This document shows, in pieces, positions 19,883 to 29,488 of a stretch of DNA of 61,591 bases (position 1 is its first letter; each line of letters starts with the position of its first letter). The stretch lies in the NCBI GenBank assembly GCA_903958085.1, contig CAJBRY010000657.1, positions 1 through 61,591 of the forward strand, written 5' to 3'. Under the pieces are notes generated by a model, which did no database searches, was not told the DNA's origin, and worked only from the letters and a program-made list of their open reading frames with translations. The translations under genes and the position numbers were made by a program. Source of the DNA: an uncultured Geobacteraceae bacterium. GTDB taxonomy: Bacteria; Desulfobacterota; Desulfuromonadia; Geobacterales; Pseudopelobacteraceae.

Positions 19883-21004
19883 TCAAGCTGCACCAAAAAA
19901 GGCACGGGCAGAATTTATAACGATCGTCTGCTCATCATCACTAAGTATCGGGCTGAAGGGCAAAGAAAGGATTCGCCCCACCAGTGAATCAGTTACTGAC
20001 AGGTCTTGTATTATTGCATGAGCAAACGCAGGCTGCCGATGGTTTGGAATCGGATAATGGATAAGCGTTTGAATCTCTTCCCGTTGGAAATGTGCAATTA
20101 GTTGGTCACGACGTTCGGGCGCATCCAAAGCTACTACGCAAAGGTGCCAGGCGGGTTCGCATCCAGAGGTAACTTGTTGGAATTTTAGAGGCAATCCGCT
20201 CAATTCCGTTCGGTAACGTTCCATTAGGCACGCTTTTCTTTTATTCCAGTTCTTCAAAAACGGCAGTTTTGCTGATAGAATTGCAGCCTGGATTTCATCT
20301 AACCTGCTGTTGGTTCCTCTGGAAATTTCAGTATGGTAACGATCTTTTTGCCCATAGTTGCGGAGCATTCGTACTTGCTCTACATCCGCTTCATTGTTAC
20401 AGCAGACGGCACCGCCATCGCCCAAAGCTCCAATGTTTTTACTCGGATAGAAACTGAAAGCGCCAAAACGGCCGATTGTCCCTGCTGACTGGCTATTGAG
20501 TTCAGCCCCCTGAGCCTGAGCTACGTCCTCAATTATTGCAATATCAGAACGACCGGCTGAGCATACGACATTCCGCACAGAGTTAACATCAACCATATTT
20601 CCATATAGATGTACAACAATAATTGCTTTGGTTTTCTGGGTAAGTACTTCGGCGATTTTTGTAACATCAAGCGCCCAGGTATCATAGTCAATATCAATCA
20701 GCACAGGTATTGCTCCGACTGCGCAAATTGCAGCCACTGTGGGGATTGCAGTATGAGCAACTGTGATAACCTCATCTTCTATGCCAATGTCGGCTGCAAG
20801 CAGAGACAAAATCAATGCATCTGTTCCTGAATTACATCCCAACACCCGGCCACTGCCAAGCTGTAAAGACATTTGACTTTCGAAAGCCTCCCCTTCCTTG
20901 CCAAGAATATACCAGCTACTAGTCAGTGCGCGTTGAGCGGCACTGGCTATATCATCTGCAATAGAAGCGTTTAGTCGGCCAATGTCAAAGAAAGGGACCC
21001 CCAT
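19883..21004 (-). CDS. DegT/DnrJ/EryC1/StrS-family sugar aminotransferase
   Basis: FSFYPSKNIGALGDGG carries the PLP lysine. 373 aa. TAATG overlap with the upstream SDR gene. Confidence 0.85.
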   Translation of the reverse strand: MGVPFFDIGRLNASIADDIASAAQRALTSSWYILGKEGEAFESQMSLQLGSGRVLGCNSGTDALILSLLAADIGIEDEVITVAHTAIPTVAAICAVGAIPVLIDIDYDTWALDVTKIAEVLTQKTKAIIVVHLYGNMVDVNSVRNVVCSAGRSDIAIIEDVAQAQGAELNSQSAGTIGRFGAFSFYPSKNIGALGDGGAVCCNNEADVEQVRMLRNYGQKDRYHTEISRGTNSRLDEIQAAILSAKLPFLKNWNKRKACLMERYRTELSGLPLKFQQVTSGCEPAWHLCVVALDAPERRDQLIAHFQREEIQTLIHYPIPNHRQPAFAHAIIQDLSVTDSLVGRILSLPFSPILSDDEQTIVINSARAFFGAA

Positions 21005-21990
21005 TACTGCTCCTCTAAGTATTTGGAACTATGTAATTGATAATAATCCAGCGTACTCTGTAATCCTTCAAGCAATAGAACTTTTGGTTTCCAACCGCAC
21101 ACAGACTGGAATTTTTCTGAATTACCATAAAAATTGCCTATGTCGATTTTTTTACGTTCCTCAGGAAACGGGATCACTTCCACCGCTCCTTCACCACTAT
21201 ACGCTACAAGGTTTTCGGCAACAGACTTCAAAGATGTTTTCTCGCCGCTGAGATTAAAAAATTGCCCATAGCATTCCGGAGTCACTGCTGCATACAAAAA
21301 TGCCTCAACAACATCATCAACGTGGTTGAAATCACGAATCTGGTCTCCACCGCCAAACAATTGAATTGAATTGCCGGTAATTACACGATTCATGAACCAG
21401 CCAATAAACCCCTGGCGAGCATTTTTGATTAACTGACGTGGGCCGTATGTATTTGTCAGACGCAGTGAAACAGTTTTTAACCCAAAAATCTTGCAGTATA
21501 AAGTGTGGTACTGTTCACCTGCCAATTTGTTGATTCCGTTAACATCAGGCGGGTTAATCGGATGACGTTCATCTACAGGCAGATATTCCGGATGACCATA
21601 AAACTGTCTGGTGCTTGCATATACGACAACCACTTCAGGATTGAAATGACGACATGCCTCAAGTAATACCAACTGCGCTTTGACATTGATCTCCATATCC
21701 ATCATGGGATCGTTCATACTGTCTTGGTGACTGACCTGACCGGCAAGATTAAAAATATAATCCTTGTCCCTGACCAGATACGCAAGGCTATGCGGATCAC
21801 GCATATCCGAAAAATTTATGGCCACACTGTTTTTTATATCTTCCAGGTTAAACAGGTTGCCACCATAACCTGGAAGCATGGAATCCATCACTGTGACCCT
21901 TGCGCCAAGCTCTACAAGTCTGATCGCCAGATTACTACCTATAAACCCGGCACCACCAGTAATCAGGACATTTTTATCAACGAATGGCAT
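21004..21990 (-). CDS. Extended SDR nucleotide-sugar epimerase/dehydratase-family protein with an atypical active site
   Basis: ITGGAGFIGSNL Rossmann motif and RLTNTYGPRQ block. The position of the catalytic Tyr in YxxxK reads NGINK (codons 21526-21540). Confidence 0.75.
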   Translation of the reverse strand: MPFVDKNVLITGGAGFIGSNLAIRLVELGARVTVMDSMLPGYGGNLFNLEDIKNSVAINFSDMRDPHSLAYLVRDKDYIFNLAGQVSHQDSMNDPMMDMEINVKAQLVLLEACRHFNPEVVVVYASTRQFYGHPEYLPVDERHPINPPDVNGINKLAGEQYHTLYCKIFGLKTVSLRLTNTYGPRQLIKNARQGFIGWFMNRVITGNSIQLFGGGDQIRDFNHVDDVVEAFLYAAVTPECYGQFFNLSGEKTSLKSVAENLVAYSGEGAVEVIPFPEERKKIDIGNFYGNSEKFQSVCGWKPKVLLLEGLQSTLDYYQLHSSKYLEEQ

Positions 21991-22918
21991 GGTATTTCCT
22001 TTTCAGTTTATGCTCTATTTTTTTCCAAAAAGGCTTTTTCTTGGCGGGTAGTGATTCCAATCCCATCTTGAATCCCGGCGAAATGCCACGCACACTAGCT
22101 AAGGCCTGTCTCAAAGCAGATATATATGGGCGGTACAGATAGTCGATAACAGGTTGTTCCATTACATAAGGACCAGTTATAAACGAGTCATCCTCATACC
22201 AGCTCAAATTGTGATAGTGAAAAAATATCACCGGTTGCCCTGAGACCTTGGGGCCTCCAGTAACTTGAAGCTGTTGCACATTCCATGGAGCTACACCTCC
22301 GCCGGGATGCTCAAGAATATGGATCCCGGAAAACCGTTCCGTCCAGTCATCAAGATATTTCTGGTCACCGAACTTGCCATCTTCAAATCGGTTATAACAC
22401 CACTCTATGCAGCGCTCCCGCCACCAGTCAAGGACTGTCAGCCCTCGCTGATCTGCAACAAAGGTAATGAATTGAACGCAATACCTTCCACAGTCAATGC
22501 TACGATCATAGCGAGGAGTATAACGGTGCTCCGTAATCAGTACTGCGCCTCCAGCTTCTGCCAATTCATCTAGCAAAACCTTTGGGTCGGCAAAAAAATA
22601 CATATCAGCATCAACGTATGTAATGCGGGGAAGTGAAAACCGCTCAATGGCATCGAAAATAATATGCGAAGTGCAGGTCCAGCAATATTCGCCTTTTGTT
22701 CTAGTCGGCTTCACGGCCAAAAGCTCAGGAGTTTCGAATTCGGCTTGCGATACTAGAATTACTTTTGGTAGTTCTAGTTGAGAAAGGAGCTCATGCGTAA
22801 GGTCATCGAAGCAATACAGATAGAGAGTAAATTCCTCTACAGCTTCCATCATGGAGTGATGTAGTGCCAATCCACGTGTCAGGTAGCTTGAATCGAAGAG
22901 GGTGCAGAAATTATTCAT
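21977..22918 (-). CDS. Putative GT-A fold glycosyltransferase (GT8-like, DxD = DAD)
   Basis: YVDADMYFF DxD-type motif. N-terminal FCTLFDSSYL resembles nucleotide-diphospho-sugar transferases. Family assignment is uncertain. Confidence 0.5.
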   Translation of the reverse strand: MNNFCTLFDSSYLTRGLALHHSMMEAVEEFTLYLYCFDDLTHELLSQLELPKVILVSQAEFETPELLAVKPTRTKGEYCWTCTSHIIFDAIERFSLPRITYVDADMYFFADPKVLLDELAEAGGAVLITEHRYTPRYDRSIDCGRYCVQFITFVADQRGLTVLDWWRERCIEWCYNRFEDGKFGDQKYLDDWTERFSGIHILEHPGGGVAPWNVQQLQVTGGPKVSGQPVIFFHYHNLSWYEDDSFITGPYVMEQPVIDYLYRPYISALRQALASVRGISPGFKMGLESLPAKKKPFWKKIEHKLKRKYHAIR

Positions 22919-23645
22919 GAGAAGTCTTTCTGGCCAGAATCACATTGTCAAGGTAGATATCTTGATTGTCAGGCAGCAATATGGAGGCTACCTCACCAGC
23001 AATGTTTACAAAGGGAAACAGAAGCATCCCAATGTGTTTCAGGCGGAAAAATGCAATCTTTGCACGTGTAATTTTGTAAAGATATGCATTGATAAGCTGG
23101 AAAATAGCCTTGATACCAGTAGTACTCTTTCTTTGCTCAATAATTTCGAAATTATTTTGTTCAAGTATATGGCTGATGCCATTTGAAGTATAGCGGGCAT
23201 AATCCCAAGGCTGTTCATGCTCGTCCCAAACAAAAGGTACTGTCAGCAAGAGAATGCCTCCTGGCTTGAGAACCCGGCAAATCTCTGCCATGAATTCTTG
23301 CGGGTTGAACACATGTTCAAATACCTGGTTGCAAATTACTCCTTCAAAAGTGTTACTAACAAATGGAAAAGTATGACCATCATAAAACTGATCTGCCCTC
23401 TTGTTTTGTCTATTCTCTTCAGTATCTATTTCCATCCCTATGTACTCGGTATTAGCAAACAACTCTGCATACGGCTTCTGGCCACAGCCCACATCGAGAA
23501 CTTTTCCACTAAGGTGTGCTGCTAACACCTTGATAGCAGTGAAAAGACCTCTTCGAGCTGCGAAAAATGGATTATTTATTAAACCTAGAACGCCTGGCGA
23601 AAATTGTTGTTGTTTTTTATAAATCCTCCATGATTTTAGACCCAT
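22911..23645 (-). CDS. Class I SAM-dependent methyltransferase
   Basis: VLDVGCGQKPY motif I and LKPGGILLLTVP post-II motif. Confidence 0.75.
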   Translation of the reverse strand: MGLKSWRIYKKQQQFSPGVLGLINNPFFAARRGLFTAIKVLAAHLSGKVLDVGCGQKPYAELFANTEYIGMEIDTEENRQNKRADQFYDGHTFPFVSNTFEGVICNQVFEHVFNPQEFMAEICRVLKPGGILLLTVPFVWDEHEQPWDYARYTSNGISHILEQNNFEIIEQRKSTTGIKAIFQLINAYLYKITRAKIAFFRLKHIGMLLFPFVNIAGEVASILLPDNQDIYLDNVILARKTSHE

Positions 23646-23698
23646 ATAATCCTCTCATGCTATAAATGCATCTAAAATATCCTGTGGCAGAAGGTTTA

Positions 23699-24619
23699 TT
23701 AGCCGTTGAAAAGAGAAAATATCCGACCAAAACGCTTCTTCAAACTACCAGCCATCTTTTCACTGAAAGAGAGCTTCAACGAGCGAAAATATTTCTTGAG
23801 GGCAGAGAGGGCAATCGTATCCTCTTCGACAGCGATTTTAGTTACAATAATTGGCTTATCACTTAGTTCGATATTAAAATGATCAATCGCAGCACAATTT
23901 ACTCCGCTTGCATCATATCCTATATTTTGTACCAATGACTTCCCTGGATACAATGTAAGGCTATTCGTCAAAAATGCTGAAGCATGCCAACGAACCGCCC
24001 ATGAATTGTTTTCGCCACGGGTTTGACGCTTCAGCATTTTGGTATATGAATAAGCACCATCAAGATCAAAAGAGCGCTCAAGATGTTTTTCTTTCAAACT
24101 TTGTAATAGCTGGCTACCATCCGGTTCAAAAAGTTTCCATCCACGCTTCCACGTTGCCCAGCCCCAGCAATCGGCGCCACGAAGAAAAAAAGTTTCCGGT
24201 AATTCTTCTTTAACAGGGTAAACATACCCATGAATGGAAATCACCCGCTCTTCATCGGCATAATAGTTGAGAGCATTATTCATATAGCTGAGAAAATGGG
24301 GAGAGGTTACTAAATCATCTTCAAGAACAATTACACGGCCAAACTCTGCAACAAGATCAGAGACCCCAGAGATGATTGAGCGTGAGAGGCCATAATTTTC
24401 TGACCGCTCAATAATTGTAACTGTGCAAAATCCATCCAAATTTTTAATAAAATCCCGCACATCACAAACACCCTTGTTAGCCTTATCATCTCGAGGAGCA
24501 TCAGAAAAAATAAAAAGGGCACTTTCAGCAGCCAGTTCATTGTTTGCAAGAGCATGAATAGTTTTGCGAGTGTGTTCAGGGCGATTGTAAGTAAATAAAG
24601 CTATGGGAGCTAGTGGCAT
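23699..24619 (-). CDS. GT-A fold glycosyltransferase (GT2-like)
   Basis: IALFTYNRPEHT start and VLEDDL acidic motif. 306 aa. Confidence 0.55.
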   Translation of the reverse strand: MPLAPIALFTYNRPEHTRKTIHALANNELAAESALFIFSDAPRDDKANKGVCDVRDFIKNLDGFCTVTIIERSENYGLSRSIISGVSDLVAEFGRVIVLEDDLVTSPHFLSYMNNALNYYADEERVISIHGYVYPVKEELPETFFLRGADCWGWATWKRGWKLFEPDGSQLLQSLKEKHLERSFDLDGAYSYTKMLKRQTRGENNSWAVRWHASAFLTNSLTLYPGKSLVQNIGYDASGVNCAAIDHFNIELSDKPIIVTKIAVEEDTIALSALKKYFRSLKLSFSEKMAGSLKKRFGRIFSLFNG

Positions 24620-24629
24620 AGGTTTTAGT

Positions 24630-25322
24630 TCATAACGTCAACATAGTTTTAAAAAACATGGTTCTTTGTGTCCTGCATAATAGTTCGTAATTCTGCTGTT
24701 TCATAAAGTTTGCAGTTTCAGAATTCAAAGAGCCCGCAAGATTTGTGCTCTTAATATCTTCTACCAGTACGTAAGTAGGCCGGTACTTAGACCAGTTATT
24801 CGAAATAAGCACTTTATAATCCATGCCCTCAACATCAATGGACATAAAATCAATGTTATTTCCAGGCAAGTACATATCAAGAATCTCGCTTAGTGGCATT
24901 GTTGTCATTTTTATTTCAGAAACAATATTGAAGCTGGTATTAGTATCCCTGTCTTTGCTCAGATCGCTGCTAAACCCGTTCAATGCAGGTTCATCAAACA
25001 TAAAGTATGTTAATTCCTGCTTAGTGTCTGATACCGCAATTTCAAGATTGATGTCATTGGGCCGGTAAAGATTGAAGAGATCCATCGCATGAGGCCTTGC
25101 CTCAATATTAATGCCTTTCCATCCTTTTAGATAAAAATGGTATGTGTTTGAAAACTTCATAGGATGATAAGCTCCTACGTCCACGTATGTCCCGTTTTTC
25201 TTGCCATGCAAAAGTTCTGCAAGCACCATGTCCTCTCCTTCCTGAGAAAAGGAGAGTCTGGAATATTTATTTGTATACTTCGTTTTTTTGAGTTTAAGGA
25301 GAATTTTCTCTGGAAAATTCAT
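24630..25322 (-). CDS. FkbM-family methyltransferase
   Basis: GTYVDVGAYHP and FMSIDVEGMDYKVL blocks are typical of FkbM-type sugar O-methyltransferases. Confidence 0.7.
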   Translation of the reverse strand: MNFPEKILLKLKKTKYTNKYSRLSFSQEGEDMVLAELLHGKKNGTYVDVGAYHPMKFSNTYHFYLKGWKGINIEARPHAMDLFNLYRPNDINLEIAVSDTKQELTYFMFDEPALNGFSSDLSKDRDTNTSFNIVSEIKMTTMPLSEILDMYLPGNNIDFMSIDVEGMDYKVLISNNWSKYRPTYVLVEDIKSTNLAGSLNSETANFMKQQNYELLCRTQRTMFFKTMLTL

Positions 25323-25352
25323 AATTGTGGGTACTCCATAACGACTGATTTA

Positions 25353-27113
25353 TTATTTTGAGTTAGCAAAATTTAGCAATTTACATGCAAGAGCATTCGA
25401 TTTAGCCTCTGCTTCAGGATCAGAATACAATCCACAGAGTAGTCTATGTACCTCGTGTTTTAGTCCAATTGTCTCTTCCTCTTCCGATACGAAAGGGTAT
25501 TGTATTTCAATATCCAGAATGGAATGCAATTGATCATGAATAATTTTATTAACATTAGTGGCTGCCATAAGTCTTTGAGATCTGTTCTTGCAGTCACTCA
25601 TTTGTTGTCGGCATGGTTTTAAAAAAGTTAATAGTTTGTTGAATTTTCTTGAGAAAAAAGGCAGCCTTTGTTGCAAATCATTCTTTGCAAAACTTTCTCC
25701 GATATCCAACAGAGAATAGTCATATTCCATTGCACACCATCTGTAGGTCATTCGAATTCTTTCAGAATCCCATCCCGCTTGCAACGCTTCCTCTAATTTA
25801 AGGAAATATTCTTTTTCAGTAGTTCCAACATAGTTCAGTTCGGACGGGTAGAAAACCAGTTCGCTTGAATATAGCACAACCGGTATTCCCAATAACGCCA
25901 TTTCTTTGCCAGATGATGACCATGCATTCAGAAAAACATCAGTGATGCTCGCCAGATCATAAAGCGAAATATTGTCAGTTGGCCAGTTCACCCGCACATT
26001 CTGGGGTGTTTTGGAGAATACTTCCTGTAAAACCTTGGCATGTTCAGACAGCATGTTTTCCCGTTTGTTGGGAAATTCGCGAGGATGAACCCGGATCAGC
26101 AATGCAAGGTCGTTTCTGTCTGCTACATATTCGATAAGAGCCTTGACCCAGTCCACCTGTTTTGTGAACATCAGGTTTTCAACTCTGGTGAGCACCCCTA
26201 CAGTTTCTGCCGCAAAGCGTTCATCATAACTACTAAGAGTAGCACAAATTACTTTCTGGACGGAATCAATACCAAAAAATGATTTCAAATCAGAGCTGCT
26301 GCCTTTTGCCGCCACAGAATATGCCCAAGCGCTCCTGCCTTTGAAAACCTCAAGGAAATGGTCTGTTACCGCTTTTAAGGCCACGTGAGGGCATGGATGT
26401 TCTTTGAACTCCTTCCATTTTTCCAACATATGCCTGTAAAATTCAACGGTATTATGCTTGGCCAGGATCAAGGTTTGAATCCTCTTCGACAGATTGCCCC
26501 CAGCATGCAGGAAATATTGAGGGACTCCATGCAATCCTGCTAGTCTGCAAAACACTCGGTTTACAGCATATAATGCGTTATAAACAACCAGGCGGTCAGG
26601 GTGTATTTGATTGAACATTCGCTGGGCAATGTGAAAAACTAGAAGAGCGTTTTTTAGGCTAGATTTGTAACGTTCCCATTCAGATGGTGAGAAATCCAGG
26701 TTGCTTTTTTTGGAATCAAGCAATATTTCATAAAGGGCAATTTTACCAACCTCAACTGAGTTAAGCGTCAGTTCCAAACAATTTTCAGGCGTAACCGATG
26801 TAATTATTTCTTCTATAGAGTTCAAATCAGCCGCCTGATATTTATCGGACAAATCAAAACCGGCAAAGCCAAATTGTTCGCAGATAATCTCTTTGTTCTT
26901 TTTACATAAACGGCAAATGCGTTGTTTTTTTTCTCTGTCTGCAGCAAAAGGTATGTCATGCGCACTCATGGAAATACAGTAATCATCCAACAAGCCGCCA
27001 CACCCGATATAGACGATTTCATGTCCCTGCTGCATCAATGCTTCAGCTATTAACGCTTCAGGAAAAGCGTGACCCCAAATGGCTGAGTTTGGTGCAAAAA
27101 ATAATATTTTCAT
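25353..27113 (-). CDS. Uncharacterised 586-aa GT-B-like protein with a KpsS/KpsC-type HP motif; candidate ulosonic/nonulosonic-acid transferase
   Basis: MKILFFAPNS... GT-B-like N-terminus. LIRVHPRE (HP motif) is followed by NAWSSSGKEMALLGIPVV, resembling the capsule_synth C-terminal domain. Directly downstream of pseI. Confidence 0.4.
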   Translation of the reverse strand: MKILFFAPNSAIWGHAFPEALIAEALMQQGHEIVYIGCGGLLDDYCISMSAHDIPFAADREKKQRICRLCKKNKEIICEQFGFAGFDLSDKYQAADLNSIEEIITSVTPENCLELTLNSVEVGKIALYEILLDSKKSNLDFSPSEWERYKSSLKNALLVFHIAQRMFNQIHPDRLVVYNALYAVNRVFCRLAGLHGVPQYFLHAGGNLSKRIQTLILAKHNTVEFYRHMLEKWKEFKEHPCPHVALKAVTDHFLEVFKGRSAWAYSVAAKGSSSDLKSFFGIDSVQKVICATLSSYDERFAAETVGVLTRVENLMFTKQVDWVKALIEYVADRNDLALLIRVHPREFPNKRENMLSEHAKVLQEVFSKTPQNVRVNWPTDNISLYDLASITDVFLNAWSSSGKEMALLGIPVVLYSSELVFYPSELNYVGTTEKEYFLKLEEALQAGWDSERIRMTYRWCAMEYDYSLLDIGESFAKNDLQQRLPFFSRKFNKLLTFLKPCRQQMSDCKNRSQRLMAATNVNKIIHDQLHSILDIEIQYPFVSEEEETIGLKHEVHRLLCGLYSDPEAEAKSNALACKLLNFANSK

Positions 27114-27156
27114 AAAGGCAGTTATCCCTGAAACGACGTTTAATTATATGTCAACA

Positions 27157-28206
27157 TCATGAAATAAGATTCCAACTAAGCGGCGTACCCTTAGACACGT
27201 CTTTTGAAACTTTCTTGCCGACTACAATGTCAAAATATTTTGGCGGCAAACCCAACCCAGGGCGTATTGCACGAAGGTTAGCCGTAGAAAAGAATTCACC
27301 AGCCCGCATATGTTCCGCCACATATAGCGAACGACGATATTGAAGGGACTTTTTTTCTGTTTCTGTCGGCCCATAACTGACACATCCCAACGCCTGCCAT
27401 GCCCGCTTTGTTTCAACTACCAGGCTCTGCATCTCGTCGGGTTCGAGGGAGAATACTGAATCAACACCACCGTCAGCCCTGTTAAGGGTAAAATGCTTTT
27501 CAATGACCGTTGCGCCCAGAGCCACTGCCGTGACAGCCGCCCCCACGCCCATGGTGTGGTCTGACAGTCCGACTCCAACATTAAAGAGCTCATGCAGGTG
27601 CGGTATGGTACGCAAATTGGAAGATTCTGGGGTGGCGGGGTAGCTGCTGGTGCATTTGAGCAGAACTATCTCGCGGCACCCTGCCTCCCGGGCTGCCCTT
27701 ACCGCCTCGTCCAGTTCGGCAACTGTGGCCATGCCGGTGGAGATGATCATCGGCTTGCCCGTTCTAGCTACTTTGCGCAGCAGCGGCAGATCGATATTCT
27801 CGAATGAGGCGATCTTGTAGCAGGGGACCTGCAATGATTCGAGAAAATCCACTGAGGTCGCGTCAAAGGGGGTACTGAAAAAGATAATTCCCAGCTCCTG
27901 GCACCGCTCCATAATAGGTTTGTGCCATTCCCACGGCGTATGCGCCTCCTGATAAAGCTCGTAAAGGCTTCTGCCGGTCCATAGATTTCCGGGATCACTG
28001 ACGAAAAACTCCCGTTCCCGCAGATCAAGCGTCATGGTGTCAGCAGTATAGGTCTGGATCTTCATGGCATCGACGCCGCACCTGGCCGCTGCTTCCACAA
28101 TCTCCAGTGCCCTTTCCAGAGACTGATTGTGATTGCCGGACATCTCCGCAATGATAAATGGCGGCTCAGCAGGGCCGATCAGCCTGCCGGCGATGTTAAT
28201 GGTCAT
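27157..28206 (-). CDS. pseI: Pseudaminic acid synthase (NeuB family)
   Basis: FIIAEMSGNHNQSLERALEIVEAAARCGVDAMKIQTY and a C-terminal SAF domain. Start set at ATG 28206 (MTINIAG). Confidence 0.85.
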   Translation of the reverse strand: MTINIAGRLIGPAEPPFIIAEMSGNHNQSLERALEIVEAAARCGVDAMKIQTYTADTMTLDLREREFFVSDPGNLWTGRSLYELYQEAHTPWEWHKPIMERCQELGIIFFSTPFDATSVDFLESLQVPCYKIASFENIDLPLLRKVARTGKPMIISTGMATVAELDEAVRAAREAGCREIVLLKCTSSYPATPESSNLRTIPHLHELFNVGVGLSDHTMGVGAAVTAVALGATVIEKHFTLNRADGGVDSVFSLEPDEMQSLVVETKRAWQALGCVSYGPTETEKKSLQYRRSLYVAEHMRAGEFFSTANLRAIRPGLGLPPKYFDIVVGKKVSKDVSKGTPLSWNLIS

Positions 28207-28229
28207 ATGGCCTCCTTGCCGGAAATGGT

Positions 28230-28979
28230 TCACGTCGTTGCAGCATGCTGGACCATCTCGTCCCACGATAACCAGTGCTCTGTGCCGCTGGCGATAAGTT
28301 CCAGCGTTTTCTCCGGACCTATATTCACTAGCGCGTCAATTATCGAAAGATAGGGAATAAATTCCTGGGGAGAGCCGATCTGCGCATATGTTTTCGGAAC
28401 ATAATTCTGAAAGCGGACCTCAATATCCTGAACAGGAAAGACAGCGTCCTCAAGCATATAGGGAAAAGAGCCGCGGGCGCAGACATAGGTTTTTGCCCCG
28501 CTCCAGCGCAACAGGTCGAGAACCCGCTGTGAGCGCTCTGTCTGCAAGGGGCATTGCGAACTATAGCAGAATTCCCGTTTGATCCCCAACAAACGGCAGG
28601 CCAAAAGAATAAAGTCTGTATTCTGGCTAGCCAGCGATGCGGCTTGCGCGAAAAACCACTGGTTGAGGTCAGGAGCTAATTCCGCGAAAAACGGAGCCTT
28701 GCTGTAATTCTGCTCCAGCCTTTTCCATAGTTTGGTGCGCCACGGGGTCGATTCATTGATTTCAGTTTGATTAAGAGCTGCCTTGAATGAATTTGACTTG
28801 CGAACCGGCACGCTGTACCAGTCGACCTGGCCGCGGTTGACAAAAAGGCGATTTCGCTGGTGGTAGCTTTGCACTGAAAACTGAAAGTCATCGAGAACAA
28901 TAAAACGATCCGACCGGTAGATCAGTTCAAAAAAACCCTGCCAGGGCAAAAAGGCCGGCTGCATCATGGCGACGACCAT
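28230..28979 (-). CDS. WbqC-family protein (function unknown)
   Basis: The MQPAFLPWQGFFELI start is the hallmark of the WbqC-like family found in O-antigen loci. Confidence 0.7.
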   Translation of the reverse strand: MVVAMMQPAFLPWQGFFELIYRSDRFIVLDDFQFSVQSYHQRNRLFVNRGQVDWYSVPVRKSNSFKAALNQTEINESTPWRTKLWKRLEQNYSKAPFFAELAPDLNQWFFAQAASLASQNTDFILLACRLLGIKREFCYSSQCPLQTERSQRVLDLLRWSGAKTYVCARGSFPYMLEDAVFPVQDIEVRFQNYVPKTYAQIGSPQEFIPYLSIIDALVNIGPEKTLELIASGTEHWLSWDEMVQHAATT

Positions 28980-28982
28980 ATT

Positions 28983-29480
28983 CTATGACCTCGTCAATTC
29001 CATGCCGATAATGTTGCAGCCACGGCCGGCCCAGACGCCGGCATCGCCGACAAGCGGCACTTCGACAAAGCCGATGTTTTGGTACATGGCATAAGCAGCC
29101 TTGTTAAAATCGGCAACATGCAGGTACATTTTATGGAAATGCATGTTTTCCATCCCCTCCTGCACCAGCAGTTTCGTCGCGCGAGTCCCGACCCCTTTGC
29201 CGCGAGTCGCCGGAGATCCCATATAAATCCACAATTCGCCTTCACTGCCGGCAATGATATTTTTGATGCCACAGTTGCCGACATGCTCGTTCTCGCAATA
29301 AATAGCGTAAACCTTTTGCGAAGAATCCGACAATAGCCTGGTGCAGTAGGTGACATGTCCTTCCCAGTCAGGTTCTCCCCGCATGAGAAACATGCGCCGC
29401 AGTTCAGGGTCGCAGATCCAGGCAAAGGTTTGCTGAAAATGGTCCTGCGAGAAGGCTACTAGTTGGATGTCATAATCCAT
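28983..29480 (-). CDS. GNAT N-acetyltransferase (PseH candidate)
   Basis: 165 aa. The RGKGVG acetyl-CoA loop and the FAWICDPELRRMF N-terminus are PseH-like. Confidence 0.6.
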   Translation of the reverse strand: MDYDIQLVAFSQDHFQQTFAWICDPELRRMFLMRGEPDWEGHVTYCTRLLSDSSQKVYAIYCENEHVGNCGIKNIIAGSEGELWIYMGSPATRGKGVGTRATKLLVQEGMENMHFHKMYLHVADFNKAAYAMYQNIGFVEVPLVGDAGVWAGRGCNIIGMELTRS

Positions 29481-29488
29481 GATACCGC

